Origin: Elsinoe ampelina
Taxonomy: Eukaryota
Reading direction: 5' to 3'
NCBI GenBank assembly: GCA_010093995.1
Contig: ML992509.1
Span: forward strand, 790,178-854,177
DNA length: 64,000 bases
Below, in pieces: positions 26,025-38,746 of the stretch. Positions within the stretch are counted from its first letter, which is position 1. Each line of letters starts with the position of its first letter. The translations under genes were made by a program, and so were the position numbers. The notes beneath the pieces were generated by a model, which had not been told where the DNA came from, ran no database searches, and saw only the letters and a program-made list of their open reading frames with translations.

Positions 26025-27511
26025 CTACTGGAATATGAGCACCACTTGAGCGTCATCGTCTCTCTGTTGCTGTTCTCTCGACCGAAGATTGCCCAACGAG
26101 TGCCGATCGAAATTCAGCCTCCGTAGAATTGATGGAGGGATCCATGCAGCTGTTGCCTTGAGGTGTATGTGAGTTTGGTCTTGGGTTCTTGAAGACGTCA
26201 AGAGCACGGTACCATTTGGTGTTTTGATGTGGTATTTCTGATCTACCTCAAGTGGTCGAGACTGGCGGTGGTAACAGTCCATAAACACGGAGACCTTCGA
26301 GCCGAGTGAGGGGATTGTCGGACACCAGAGCGCCTTGTGGTGCTTGCGTGAACCTTTTCCAGTACGCAGGCATTTTGGGACCATATATGCAAACGTGACA
26401 ACCTCGCGAGTATCTGAACGAATCTTCAACCAATCATTCTCCCTCTTGAGATTTATTTCGATACCGTCGTTGGTGCTCCCGGCAGAGGGGGCAGCGATGA
26501 CCAGCTTCGAACCGGATCGATCGATACCTGTATGACGAAGTTCGAGGAGCATTTGGCGGATAATGTCGAGAGACTTTGAACAGAGTGACGTCGAAAGCCT
26601 CCCCAACTATGTATGGAAGCCTTGACGATCAGCTTCTAGCGCCTTGAACAGTTGCTGATCCACCAATTGATCCCACGAAGTTTTGTCGTACAATGGCGAG
26701 TGGCAAACAGCAGAATCAAGTCGGTGACCATAGCTCGAAGCGAGACTCGTCGGGCCACACCCGGACACATACTGACCTGAAAACCCCAGGAGCCCTCTAG
26801 AAACTCCATCAGTGTCTGGTCATGTGTAAGGCTTCTAGCAATGTCGAGGGAATCCTTCTTGGTTATCCCGTCCATTTTGCTCTGAGTTAGCGCAACTGAT
26901 GCAGTGACGATATGGCCCGCCTGCACGCCAACTTGTCTCTGTGTTTTCTTCCACAACGGATCGAGTGTTCCTAGAGTGACGAAATCACCCTTGTGCTCCT
27001 GTCTCCATGAGAGCTCGCGCAAGCGGCACCGGCTGTTCTCGGTGATGACAGAGCCGATTATGATTTCATCGCCCATGTTAATGCCTTCGAGGGTATCGAA
27101 ATTCAAGGTAGGATCAATTGTCCAGTGAGCGGTGCTACCAGTCCCATGGTGCATGTGTACATACCCTCCGTGAATGCTAATCGCAACAGGATGTTCGTAA
27201 CCTTCTCGATAGACGGCCAGGCCGGGTCGCAATATCGCGAGGAGAGATGATCGAGAATGTTGGAGAGTGGTACCGTGTAGTTTAGTGCAACCAGTTGGAT
27301 GTGTGATGTTGCGGGAGTCGCGTGCCATGAGGTGTACCATCCACTCTACTGGCAACTGGACGGAGAGCGATGATGGGGACGAGGCGTCGATGGAGGAGCA
27401 GCTGGTTGGGAGGTGTGGAGTGGAGGCGGGGCAAGAGGAGGAGAGTTGCGAGGTCTAGCGGTACATGGAACTGCGTCAAGACCGGCGGTCGATGGAGGGG
27501 AAGCTCTCCAT
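26025..27511 (-). pseudogene. Disrupted fungal hypothetical gene
   Basis: Consecutive protein-like ORFs (26636-27355, 26025-26606) with LGT..P.W....RQVGVQAG and WGFQVSMCPGVARRVSLR; in-frame stops near the ATG at 27511 and a frame break near 26700-26610. Confidence 0.6.
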
Positions 27512-27972
27512 GTTAGATTGATGGCGATAGGTGACCGGCCACAGCTAATTGGTGGCGTTTCTGTGGTGTACGGAGAGGAGGCGAGAAGAAGAAGTCAACC
27601 GGTCAAGGGACGCGACGCGACGACGCAGAGGAACGTGCTCTCCAATGTCGGAAAGGTGGATCATGATTCCAGAAAACACATTGGGAACGTTCGTGTCTGT
27701 GAGTATGTGTTTGCCATGAGTCGTTTTTGGATGGTAACGAAGAGTTCGCTGTTTGGTTCAGGCACTGCGATATTATCACGTCATTTACCCTGAGAGATCA
27801 ACACTTTCAGAAACGCTTCAATACTTCATACTCGTGGTATCTCGCATAGTCATCACCACTTTTGAATGATAATGGCCAATTTTCCCAGAAGAATACACCG
27901 TCAAGACCCCATCCGTCATCTCCAGAGTTGCTCTCGTTCCGCGGCCGTCGACCACCATGACTATCTTAATCC

Positions 27973-29290
27973 TCAATTGCGTGCCTGCTTGCTGCGCCTC
28001 TTGGTCCAGTCCTCAAGCTTCACCTTGCCTTTCTTGACGAAGTTCCTGTAATGCGTCTGGCAGTTTCCGCATATCTGCTGTGTCGACCCTCCAGGAAGCT
28101 CGATAGAGCTGAATGTTCTGTCATACTCGAAGGCCCCGCACATGCAGAACACGGTAGCTCTCATCGCTGTGCGTCGGTCATGCTGGCGGGAAGTGGTAAG
28201 GACTCCTAGTGCCGGCGGATCGAGGTTCGGATATTTAGAGCCGATGTAATCGTAACAGTCGGGGCACATTTGTACGTCGTCTGGCATTCTGGGATGATAC
28301 ATGGTGGCCATGTGCTGGTTGCCAACAACCGAGCAGAACAGAGAGGTGAGTTGGGTGCCTCTGCTGTCGCCACCTTCCCCTGCTGAAAGGCTTTTGCTCT
28401 CTTCCTAGCCTTGGTGTTGTTGACGAATATGGTTTCCAAACGCCGGCGCACACTCAACGGGATAGCATCGGCTGCGAACCATTGCTAGAATGATTGCCAC
28501 AACTTCTTGCACTCCGAGCAAGCCGCCTTGTACCCGTACACCTCCGTGAACTCTTGCCCGTTGATGGCGACTTCGTGTCCGTCGATGGAGCAGAAGCAGT
28601 TCAGCCCGGTTACACCCAGCTCCGCATGGCGATGAGGGAAACGCGAGACACGACCCTCAACGCTCTGCAAGGCATCTTGTGTCACCAGTCTGCGGTCGTT
28701 GATCCATTTGTCGCGCTGGTGAGTGGTGTACTCGGGGTTGCGGCCGACGAAGTTCTTCCAACCTTCTTTGCAATTGGCGTCCCACCATTGGTCTGGCATG
28801 TCGAACTCGTCGGGGATGAGAGTGTAGGCCCTTCCATTATTCTTCATTTTGCATAGACAGATGGCACATGCCGGATCGGGTGTCGCTCGCCAAGCTGCTT
28901 TGGCATCCCTGTTGGCTTTGTACTTGCTGACTGGATAGTCAGAGGGCGAGGTATGGACAAATTCATAGTGCATGGTGCCTGCTGGTTGCTTGGTGGACAA
29001 CTCCTGGGAGTGTGGATTTGATGGATTTGGCTGGGATCTGACACCATACATGTCGAAGTGTGACTCGGCAGACTCATGGATAGTCGCGTGATTGTGGTCA
29101 TGGAGCTCAAGAGGGTGAAGATGCGCGTGAGACTGCGGGTCCTGTGGAAATGTCGGAGTGCCTTGATTCGCAGGTGCGGGCCGGCATTCTCAAGGGAAGA
29201 AGACCGTGACATGTCTAAAAGACGTGGGTCGATCGGAATATCGGGCTCAGTCATTCGGTCCACCGCGAAGTGAAGTTCGGAAGGCTCCAT
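27973..29290 (-). pseudogene. Cys-rich repeat protein, copy A (two frameshifts, one in-frame TAG)
   Basis: CT-rich leader then ATG 29290 (MEPSEL..IPIDPRLL); shift ~29180 into ORF 28485-29051; same frame resumes after TAG 28485; shift ~28320 into ORF 27973-28311. Cys motifs CAIC, CFC, CSEC, CPDC, CMC and CGNC. Confidence 0.55.
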
Positions 29291-30112
29291 GTTGGGCACT
29301 GGATAGTATAATCGGGTTGTGCAAGATCTGTTCAGAGAAGATGCTTTGTAATGGGTGTAATGTGTAGGGGCGAAGGAGGGCGAAAGACAACTGAATGGCG
29401 GAGTCGAATTTGAGGAGTGAAGATGAGACTCAGGGAAGGAGTGAGTGAGGAAAGAGCGATAGAGAAGCGAGTTGAGTCGTAGAAGGACGAGGAATTTGAC
29501 AGGGGAGTGAGACTGTATATCAGGTAAAGATCGAGGTTCAGATGCGATACCCAAGTGAAGAGTATTACTCATAGTCAAGATAGTAAAATGTCGGTTATTG
29601 TCGCGTATGTCTGGTGTTTCTGAAGATAACCTACTTGCTGCAGGTCTCGCGATTGGTAGTTTCGACTCGTCGTGGTTCAATGTGCATGTAGCTGCACGTG
29701 CCATAAGATCTGATCAAGAGTGTTGGGGACAGGTGGAATGCTGGAGGGTGGACGAAGAGGATGCTAGAGGCGCCTTTGAGGGTATAGCTGAACAATGAGG
29801 ATGGGTAGGATGCTTGGAAGAGAGGTTGAAGGGGGCGTTGGAGGAGTGGGTGGGTCAAAGGTTGGAGTGGGTTGGAGATGAGAATGAGGTAGGTGTTGGA
29901 GCAGAGGTTGACCGAGTATGTTCAGGAAAGGATGAGAGGGTTGTTGGAACAGTGGATGAGGTTGGTGTTTGAAAAGGAGAACAGAGATCATCGAATGGTA
30001 CTAATCAGAGAGGAGACGGATGAGGTTGTCGAGGCAGTCGCGAAGCCAGCGAGAGATCCCTCGCCTGGACAAGGATGTGAGAATAGAAGGCGATATGAGC
30101 AGTCCTTCGACC

Positions 30113-31226
30113 CTATTTTATGCTCTCCCACGCTGCCTTTTTGTCCCGCTTGAAAACTTTGCCTAGCCTTGGGGTTGAATCGTCTCTGTTGTTGACGGCG
30201 TTCGGCGACCCATTTGTCGATTTCAATGCCCCTAGATTGACAGGAAAGTGTGCCAAGCAGTGCGGCACTTTTCGTCCCAGAATTTGCCAGGCATATTCAA
30301 CCCAAATGCGATAGGGGTGTACTTGTCGTCGTGGTGAGTAGTATTCAAACAGATGCCACACGAAGCGTCGAGGGCTTTTTCTGCCACTCGTCCAACAATG
30401 TCTTCTGGATGGCGGAATTCTCCTCGGTCGTTAACCAGTCCGCCATAAACTTCATCGGCTGGACTTGTGACAAATGTAGTTGAAAATAGGAAACGAACCT
30501 CGTCGAGCAGGATGGTCGGTCTGAGTGTTTGCGGTTGCACAAGAAGAATTCCGTTGCAGTGCCATGAACGCCAAAGACTTCATAATTTTCCATCCGAAGG
30601 GATACATCTTGGTGACCACAGCATCTACATGTCAATTGTCCAGATTTGAAGGCCGTTTCCATCGCTATCCGCGACTGAGTGTACTTGGACTTGGCCTTTT
30701 CGTGTCCATCTGTGTCAGTAGCCAGTACATGGTGCTGAGTTTGCAAGCTGACACAAGGGTATGTGATGTCGACCTCATACGGAAGAGGTGAGACGTGGTC
30801 GGGGGGATGGTAGTCGTCATCGTCAATGCGACAGGGATTTGTAGAGTTTATCGTGCTGACATCTTCACCCTCGTCTGTAGTCGTTCACTGATCCCATACA
30901 TCGAAGGCTGACTCTCTACTGTCGTCGTTGTTGTTCGTTCGATTGTGGCGCCTTTCGTCGATCCCAGTATTTCGTTTCCTCTTTCGCGTCCTCAAGGGAG
31001 CGGGAACAGAACCACGTGGCAGTGTCTCGGGGTGAGCCTGCCCAGGTATATATCGACTATCGTGTCCCGGCCGTGGCGGAATACCCATACTGGTGTCTCC
31101 AAATGGAAGGATGGAATCTGGTTGCGGGCCGATGGAAGAGGCAGTGTGCCATGGTGGGCCTGCATCAAACGCCGCATTCGCTGTTCTGAAGGTCGAGACT
31201 GGAGATGGGAGGCTGGGATTGCGCAT
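30113..31226 (-). pseudogene. Cys-rich repeat protein, copy B (fragmented)
   Basis: Colinear ORF pieces 30885-31226, 30345-30746 and 30232-30540; CGICL...YTPI...NMP..FWD..C...W..F matches the copy A module. Confidence 0.5.
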
Positions 31227-31619
31227 GTCTCGAGCGTGATTAACTAGGTGGGGATGTGTCGGATATGACCGTGCAGGGGCCGGTCTTTGCGGGCCAACGA
31301 GCTTTGATGGTACACATATCTCGCGAAACTCTCATAATGGAGACTTCGAAGATATTGACCATGTCCCTTATGTGGCTCGAAAGCCGGCACAGAGAGATGC
31401 TCGCAATGTGTCTGTCATTGGTTCGCGACATGACTTGCATTGGCACTATAGAGCTCTTAGTCTGATTCGGTGCGTCCACTGCTACTGCCACAAACGTCTC
31501 AATGCCATATACATTCCCGTGCGACAGATCCGGCAGTAAGTAGTCATGCATGAGCGGACCGTTACTCCCCGTCGCTTCGTTCGCCGTGAGAAGTGACTAA
31601 AGAGCCAGTGTCATGGCGC

Positions 31620-32474
31620 TCAGACACTGTTCATGGCCTTGTGGCCGCAGAATGGGCACCAGATTAGCTTCTTTGACGGCGTGAGCATCGATTTCTCGCA
31701 GTTGGTACAAGCCCATCTGTGTTTCTTTTCGTCTGTCCCCTTCATCAATATCTCAAGAAGTATGGTTCCCAGCATAGGAGTCTCGTGGATGTAGGTTTCC
31801 CTCTCTTCGGCTGACAACTTCTGGAGGGCAGTGGCGCTGACTTTGACTGCTTTGATTGCCAGGCTTTGTAGAGCCGAGTCGGTCGTAGCTGCGAAGGGTT
31901 CTATCGCCGCCAGTAGATCCTGCAATGCCTCCTTGGACAACGGGTCCGCGCATTTACTGTGCAGGTGACGCAGAGTGTCCGCCTGCAGCATGGGATAGTT
32001 GATGCGGTCTGCGAGTACGTAAAGACCGACAAGGTGCCCAGCGGTTTCGCTGACGGCGTTGACGAACAGAAGATCCATATCGAAACCATAGATGTATCTC
32101 AAGAGGGCTCCCACCACATCTGCATCATCTTCGCTCCAGTCCAAATTCTTCTCGGTGGCTTCCTGCTAGTTTATCAGCATGTATCGCGCAACATGACACG
32201 CCTTTGGCACAACCTTGAACTTGCTCCCGAAAGCTTTGTCGAAGTAGCTGCACGCATTCTTGAGGACGATTAGATGCGCGCGATAAACCCTGCCTCCCAC
32301 TGCTGTGATTTGGCAATCAGAATCTTCGCCAGTGACCAGAGCTCTGACTTGATCAGTGATGGACGAAGGAATGGTAAGATATGGTTACTCTGCCACGGAT
32401 CTTGTCATCCAGCGTTCTAGCTGGAGTTTGCAGTCCTTAGCGGCGGTCTTTGCTGTTGGAAGAATCTCGTTCAT
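31620..32474 (-). CDS. BTB/POZ domain protein with a C-terminal CxxC...CxxC zinc ribbon
   Basis: Spliced SDCQITAVGGRVYRAHLIVLKNACSYFDKAFGSKFK|EATEKNLDWSEDDADVVGALLRYIY...LYVLADR; ends WACTNC...WCPFCG; two introns (~32388-32340, ~32214-32166). Confidence 0.8.
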
Positions 32475-33166
32475 CTTGTCGTGGTCGTTGATGATGCTGA
32501 GATGAGAATGTGAATCGCAAAGGGAATGTGGAAAAGGTGTGTTCCAGAGCGCTCTGTGCGATGACTAAAAAACATGTGATCTGGCACGAGCGTGTCGTGA
32601 TAGGCTTCATTCAGAAGAAGCCACCACGAGGACGACGGACATCCCCGCCGCACAGGGAAGATGGCATTACTACAATAGCGAGAGCTTTCTTACTCAAGTT
32701 ATGATTGGCCAGTCATAGGAAGGTCTCCAGTCCCTTTTGTGTACCTATATCCTGCATTTCCTCCTCTTCTAAGTTGCACAATCCACAAGCCATACCCAGC
32801 ATCCGGATAGGATCACATGCACACATTTCCGGGAGCACATCCATTTGACAATCGACGATCTTTAAACATACTACGGAAACAACATGGCTGTAGGATGCTC
32901 TTGTTAATGGTTCGACCTGGGAAGTGATCGATCTTGGTACGGTTCAGTATTGTTCGAAGAGAGAAGAAGAGTTAAATTGGGGACTTCAGGTTCAGGCACA
33001 GAGCGGTTCTTATCGATAAGAGATAAGATTGACATCCAACGCCAAGGATCGTGGGGAAGCAGCAAAAACGTCAATCGCGAGGGCGGAAAAAAATTAAGCT
33101 GTATCGAGTTGTCTTCAGCATGGCGAGGATTTGCTAACACTGACCGCCTCGCGAAAGCCTCTCGAT

Positions 33167-36100
33167 ATGGTCAAGAAGGCTATGTAGGTGCTTGCTCGAG
33201 CCCGTCGAATTCCCGCTGACTGTCCACAGTGACTCGCGCATCCCGGCGCTCATCCGGAATGGCGTACAGGTAGGATCGGAGGGTCTTCCTGTCCAACGGC
33301 ATGCTGACCCTTGCCTAGGAGAAGAAGAGGAGCTTTTTCGTAATAGTCGGCGATCGCCAAAAAGATGTCATCGTCAACCTCTACCACATCCTTCTCAATG
33401 TCGATCTCAAGCTCAACAAATCCGTTCTCTGGGCATACAAGAACAAGCTACTAGGATTCACGAGTCACCGGAAGAAGCGCGAAAAGAAGATCAAGAAGGA
33501 GATTAAGCGTGGAATACGAGAAGCAGACACCGAGGATCCTTTCGAGCTTTTTGTTTCTACTCAGAACATACGCTATGTCTACTACAAGGAAACCGACAAG
33601 ATTCTGGGCAATACCTACGGCATGTGTATTCTCCAGGACTTTGAGGCGATCACCCCGAACTTACTGGCTCGGACGATAGAGACGGTCGAAGGAGGGGGCA
33701 TCGTATTGCTCTTGTTGAAGGGCATGAACAGCTTGAAGCAGCTCTACTCTATGTCCATGGACGTCCACTCGAGATACCGCACAGAGGCGCACGACGATGT
33801 AGTGGCTCGGTTCAACGAGCGCTTTATCTTGTCGCTTGGACGATGCGACTCGTGTCTGGTGGTGGACGACGAACTGAACGTATTGCCAATCTCAGGGGGT
33901 CGCTCAGTGCAGCAGCTGCCTCCGCCAGATCCAGATGCTCAAGGCAAAACGCCTGCCCAGCTAGAGCTTGCAAATATCAAGGAAAGTCTAGCAGATGCTC
34001 AGCCGGTCGGACCTCTGATCAGTCTTGCCAAGACAGTGGATCAGGCAAAGGCGCTTCTGACATTCGTGGACGCCATCGCTGAGAAGACCCTGCAAAGTAC
34101 CGTCACTTTGACTGCCGCACGTGGTCGTGGTAAGTCTGCAGCGCTTGGAGTGGCTATCGCCGCAGCTATCGCGCATGGATACAGTAACATCTTCATCACA
34201 TCTCCGAGTCCAGAGAATTTGAAGACTCTCTTCGAATTTGTGTTCAAGGGTTTCGATGCCTTGGACTATGCCGATCATGCCGACTATACCATCATTCAAT
34301 CTACAAATCCCGACTTCAATAAGGCCATAGTGAGGGTCAATGTGCACAAGCACCATCGCCAGACTATCCAATACATACAACCTCAGGACGCCTACACTTT
34401 AGGTCAAGCTGAACTGCTGGTGATTGACGAGGCAGCAGCTATTCCCCTTCCGCTTGTGCGCAAGCTTATGGGGCCTTATCTGGTCTTCATGGCATCAACC
34501 ATCAACGGCTATGAAGGTACTGGTCGATCACTATCGCTCAAGCTCATCCAACAATTACGAGAACAATCGAGAGGTGCATCAAAACCCAGCAATGGCGATC
34601 AGATCGCAGACAGATCGACCGGAAAGCCATCCAAGTCTGAGGGGAACATCACAATGGGCGGTCGATCACTAAGAGAGATCAAGCTGGCAGAACCCATTCG
34701 CTACGCAGAGGGCGATGCGGTTGAGAGCTGGTTAAACAAACTCCTCTGCCTCGACGCAAAGCTTCCCACCAAGAGCAATATCCATGGCTGCCCTCACCCT
34801 TCAGAATGCGAATTGCTTTATGTTAACAGAGATACCCTTTTTTCCTTTCATCACGTTTCAGAAAAGTTTCTTCAGCAAATGATGGCGCTCTACGTCGCCT
34901 CGCATTACAAGAATTCACCTAACGACCTACAATTAATGTCTGACGCTCCCGCCCATCAACTCTTCGTTCTGGTACCGCCGGTCTCGGAAAATCAGAATCG
35001 CCTCCCCGAACCTCTTTGCGTCATCCAGCTGGCTCTGGAAGGCCAAATCAGTCGCGAGTCTGTCATGAACAGCTTAGCACGGGGGCAACGAGCTGGCGGT
35101 GATCTCATCCCCTGGCTTGTGTCTCAGCAATTCCAGGACGAGAACTTTGCTAGTCTTTCTGGCGCTCGCATTGTCCGCATCGCCACGAATCCAGAGTACA
35201 CCAACATGGGCTACGGCTCCCGTGCACTTGAATTACTGACCGACTTCTTCTCCAACAAGTTCCTACCCCTGACCGAAGATGACTCGACCACTCTTCCCTA
35301 TGCGGGCGACGATGCCATGGTCCGAGTCACAGATGCTGAGCTGGAGTCTACCACGCTGCTCAAAGATGATGTCAAAGTCCGTGACATCTCGGCCATGCCA
35401 CCTCTCTTCAGCCGAATGAACGAACGCCGACCCAACAAGCTCGACTATCTCGGCGTCTCATACGGTTTGACCCAACCACTTCACAAATTCTGGAAGCGGG
35501 CCAAGTACACCCCAGTCTACCTCCGCCAAACCGCCAACGAGCTCACAGGCGAACACACCTGCGTCATGCTCCGCGCCCTCGAAACCAGCTCCACCGACCC
35601 AGCCTGGCTAGGCGCCTATGCCAAGGACTTCCACCGTCGCTTCCTCTCCCTCCTCTCGTACCAATTCCGAACCTTCGGCGCCGTGCAAGCACTCAGCCTC
35701 GAGGAATCCGCAAAAGTAGGCATGCGTCTCGACAAGAGCAAAGCCCGCCAGCCCCTCGACAAGCCAGAGCTCGACGACCTCTTCTCCCCCTACGACCTCA
35801 AACGTCTCGACAGCTACGCGAATAACATGCTCGACTACCACGTCATCCTCGACCTCCTCCCTCGTATCGCAGAGCTGTTCTTCCTCGAACGCCTCGAGGG
35901 CCCAGAAGGAGTCAGCCTCAGCGGCGTGCAGAAGGCACTCATCTGCGCCATCGGGCTGCAACGCAAGAGTCTCGACGACGTGGCGAAGGAGATTGGCGTC
36001 GGTAGCAGCCAGTTGCTCAGCATGTTCGTCAAGGTGGTGCGGAAAGTGAGCGTGCATTTCCGTGGTCTGGTGGAGAAGGAGGCAGGGAGGGACGTGCCGC

Positions 36101-36561
36101 GCCGCATTGAAGGGGGAGCGATGAATGGTGGTCCGTCTTTGGCGCCGTTGACGCAGACGCTGGAGGAGGATTTGGAGGAGGGCGCAGAGGGGGAGAGGGA
36201 GGAGAGGGAGAGGGCGAGGGAGATGATTAGTGCGGTGGCGACGGATGGGTGAGTTTCCCCTTTTCAGGGTTCTGGGTGGCTGAGCTGACTCGATAGATAT
36301 GCGATCGAGACCGACGACGCGGCGTGGGAGGACGCGGAGAAGCAGATCCAGTCGAGTGCAGCTATTGGTGAAGGACGAGTGGCGACGGTAGCCATTCCCA
36401 AGAAGGCGAAGGTGGAGAGGGAGGAGATGAAGGAGAAGAGTGGTAAGAAGGGAAAGGACGGGGAGAAGAAGCGGAAGGTGAGTGCCATGGAGGATGCGAG
36501 GAGGGAGTTGGAGAAGGCCGAGGCGGGAGGGGGAAAGAAGAAGAAGAGCAAGCAGAGGTAG
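33167..36561 (+). CDS. KRE33: RNA cytidine acetyltransferase (18S rRNA/tRNA ac4C; Kre33/NAT10)
   Basis: MVKKAIDSRIPALIRNG, LQDFEAITPNLLARTIETVEGGG, TAARGRGKSAALG, IDEAAAIP, SHYKNSPNDLQ and RIATNP..MGYGSRAL; introns ~33184-33229, 33270-33318, 36249-36296. Confidence 0.97.
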
Positions 36562-36585
36562 TGCAATGTGTGTGCCAGGATACCT

Positions 36586-36619
36586 TGCGAGACATCACTG
36601 CGTGCGAGACATCACTGCG
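36586..36619 (+). repeat. Perfect 17-nt tandem duplication in the KRE33 3' UTR
   Basis: TGCGAGACATCACTGCG occurs twice (36586-36602, 36603-36619). Confidence 0.9.
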
Positions 36620-36802
36620 AGAGGCTTGTGCTGCCCGCGCGAGGTGGCTGCCAAGAAATCATGCATCATTATTGTTCTATTCATGTATTAAAGGAGAATA
36701 TGCCAGCTCCGTGGAGCGTCCCACCTATTCCCTTGACGCCGACTATACATGCACCGGATTCCCGAAGCCCTTCTCAATCCCAAATCGCATTTCGCTATGC
36801 CG

Positions 36803-37525
36803 TCACTCCGTCCAATGACGATCTTCAATACGTTCGTAGGCCGTTTCGTCGAGCTGGTTCTTGCTGAACATGTTCCTCACGCTCTGCCCGATTCGTTGCC
36901 CGAAGCTGCGGGATCCAGGCATCGGTGAACTCTTCGGCCGCGTTCGACTATTGACTTTGGTCTTATTGTAGGATGATGAGTACCGAGGTGAGCGGCTTGC
37001 CATTGTGCCTGAGATGCCAGGGGTTTGGCGGACCACATCAGGTGGAGGGGTGAAAGAGCGCTCGTAGGCACTTGGCTGAGCTTCTGTACGATTTGTTGTT
37101 CTCGAGGGCTGGTCCGTGACAGAGACATGCCTTGTATGCGAGGGAGGAGAGGCTTCTGGCGTAGGCGGGAGTGCTTTGTTCAAGGTGAGAGGCGAGATTG
37201 GCGTTCGCGACGGACTGATAGGGCTGGTGTTGGCAGATACCGGATCGCTGTATGATCGTATGTATGGTGCGCCCTCGCCACTGGGTGACTTGACTGGAGA
37301 TACATCCGGAGTGGATGCCGTGCTCGGGACGGTCACGCGAGGTCTGGGCAAAGCTGTATCAAATCGACTGACACTTTGGCCTTGTCGGTGGCTCATATGG
37401 CTATGTCGTAGCGGAGAGCAATCTGGTAAACCTGGAAAGGGTGGTGTGACTCGAGACATGTCCCCATCTGTATCTGTCTTCGTTGAAAAAGGTGAAGTTG
37501 CAGAGAGTACCGGTCTTCTAGACAT
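36803..37525 (-). CDS. Ser/Pro-rich hypothetical protein ending YERIEDRHWTE
   Basis: 240-aa ORF rich in SP/TP sites with an LNKALPPTP motif; the true 5' end may lie further upstream (see finding at 37677-38521). Confidence 0.7.
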   Translation of the reverse strand: MSRRPVLSATSPFSTKTDTDGDMSRVTPPFPGLPDCSPLRHSHMSHRQGQSVSRFDTALPRPRVTVPSTASTPDVSPVKSPSGEGAPYIRSYSDPVSANTSPISPSRTPISPLTLNKALPPTPEASPPSHTRHVSVTDQPSRTTNRTEAQPSAYERSFTPPPDVVRQTPGISGTMASRSPRYSSSYNKTKVNSRTRPKSSPMPGSRSFGQRIGQSVRNMFSKNQLDETAYERIEDRHWTE

Positions 37526-38746
37526 GTTCGCGGTTCAGCTCTCCAGAAGTGTCATGGATATGATGTCCCCACTTCACCCACGCTGCGCACCTCGGGCACC
37601 ATGCGAGAATGTGTGCTTGGTGGCACGGTATGTGATGAAAGATACACGGCAATGGCTGAAAGAAGCTTCAGCAAAGCTATGAAAAGCCGGAGAGCACAGA
37701 AAGCGATAGCATAGATGACCTACCTGCAGCTACCGCATCGTCTAGCTGCAACCGCCGAGACTCAGGCAGTCCAGCTTGCGTGGGCGCGAGCTGAAACTGC
37801 TGAGTGCTGACACTGGCTGGAGAATCTCCAGGCAAGATAGATGACGGCATGCCGACTGCGCCGCTCGATTGCATGAATGGCTCTCGAGAGAATTGCCGGC
37901 GCCACCGAAGCTTGCCTTCACAGGGTCTGTATATTGTTCGGATCGAGGAGACTGGTGCAGACAGTGTATCGGACCCTCGGCAGGAAGTATTGAGGTCGGT
38001 TTGTTTGGAGACAAAATGGGCGGCTGCAGAGCACCGCTGATTGGTCAGATGTCTTTGCGCTCAAATATTCGAGTCAGGACTGTCGATGGACTGGGACGCG
38101 ACGATTATAATCGATGTCGCGCAAGCACCTCATGCATATATACCAACACTGAGCTACGATCTTCGCTTGATGGATATGGCTGAGATTTTCGCGATGTTCT
38201 GTCGTGTGCCGTGATAGTGCTGAACGGGTCGTTTAGAGAAGCTCTGTGCTGAGAATAGTAGGACAAGCATGAAGGGTGCTGGGCGGCGTGCTGTGCGAGT
38301 CGCGGGATGTGGTGGCTGCTACGCCGTATTGAGTTAGTGCTCACCCAGCTCTCGGTCAATCCGGGAAGTGATTGGCTGTCAGTGTCGAAGCTTATCCCGT
38401 GGCTCACTCTGAACCTCTCGCACCCCATCACACGTTCTCTTTCCCCGGGCGAATCGCCTGGCAATATCGATGTTGCTCCAAGTGTGCTGGCTAGTTTGCT
38501 CGCCTGCTGCAGGTTGCTCACGTATTGGTTGCCACCGGATTGGGAAATTATCGAGGGTCCAGATCAGCACAAGGTTGGTGCCATTGCCGGCAGTGTCACG
38601 TCGGCGCTTACGTGCATGACAATGGGCGAGTACAAGGCGGTTCCCCATATTGGCCCCCTCACCTGCGTTGACTTGGTACAATAACCTACCCTCGAGCTCT
38701 TCCGGTCCCTTGGAAGCCATCGTCCACTCTGCCGCAGCTCACCACC

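Noticed and set aside
29700..30153. Plus-strand Glu/Arg-rich helical fragment (LEQRLTEYVQERMRGLLEQW)
   Set aside because: No ATG or coherent gene model; may be a relic, but there is too little support.
24000..32500. Starship, Helitron or DNA-transposon identity for the island
   Set aside because: No tyrosine recombinase, Rep/helicase, DDE transposase, TIR or TSD could be found by eye.
36586..36619. Direct repeat considered as CRISPR-like
   Set aside because: Only two adjacent copies, no spacers, eukaryotic context.
36562..36867. KRE33 frame open ~101 codons beyond its TAG
   Set aside because: No coding-like bias; it contains a frame-shifting 17-nt tandem duplication and runs antisense into the next gene, so it is likely chance.
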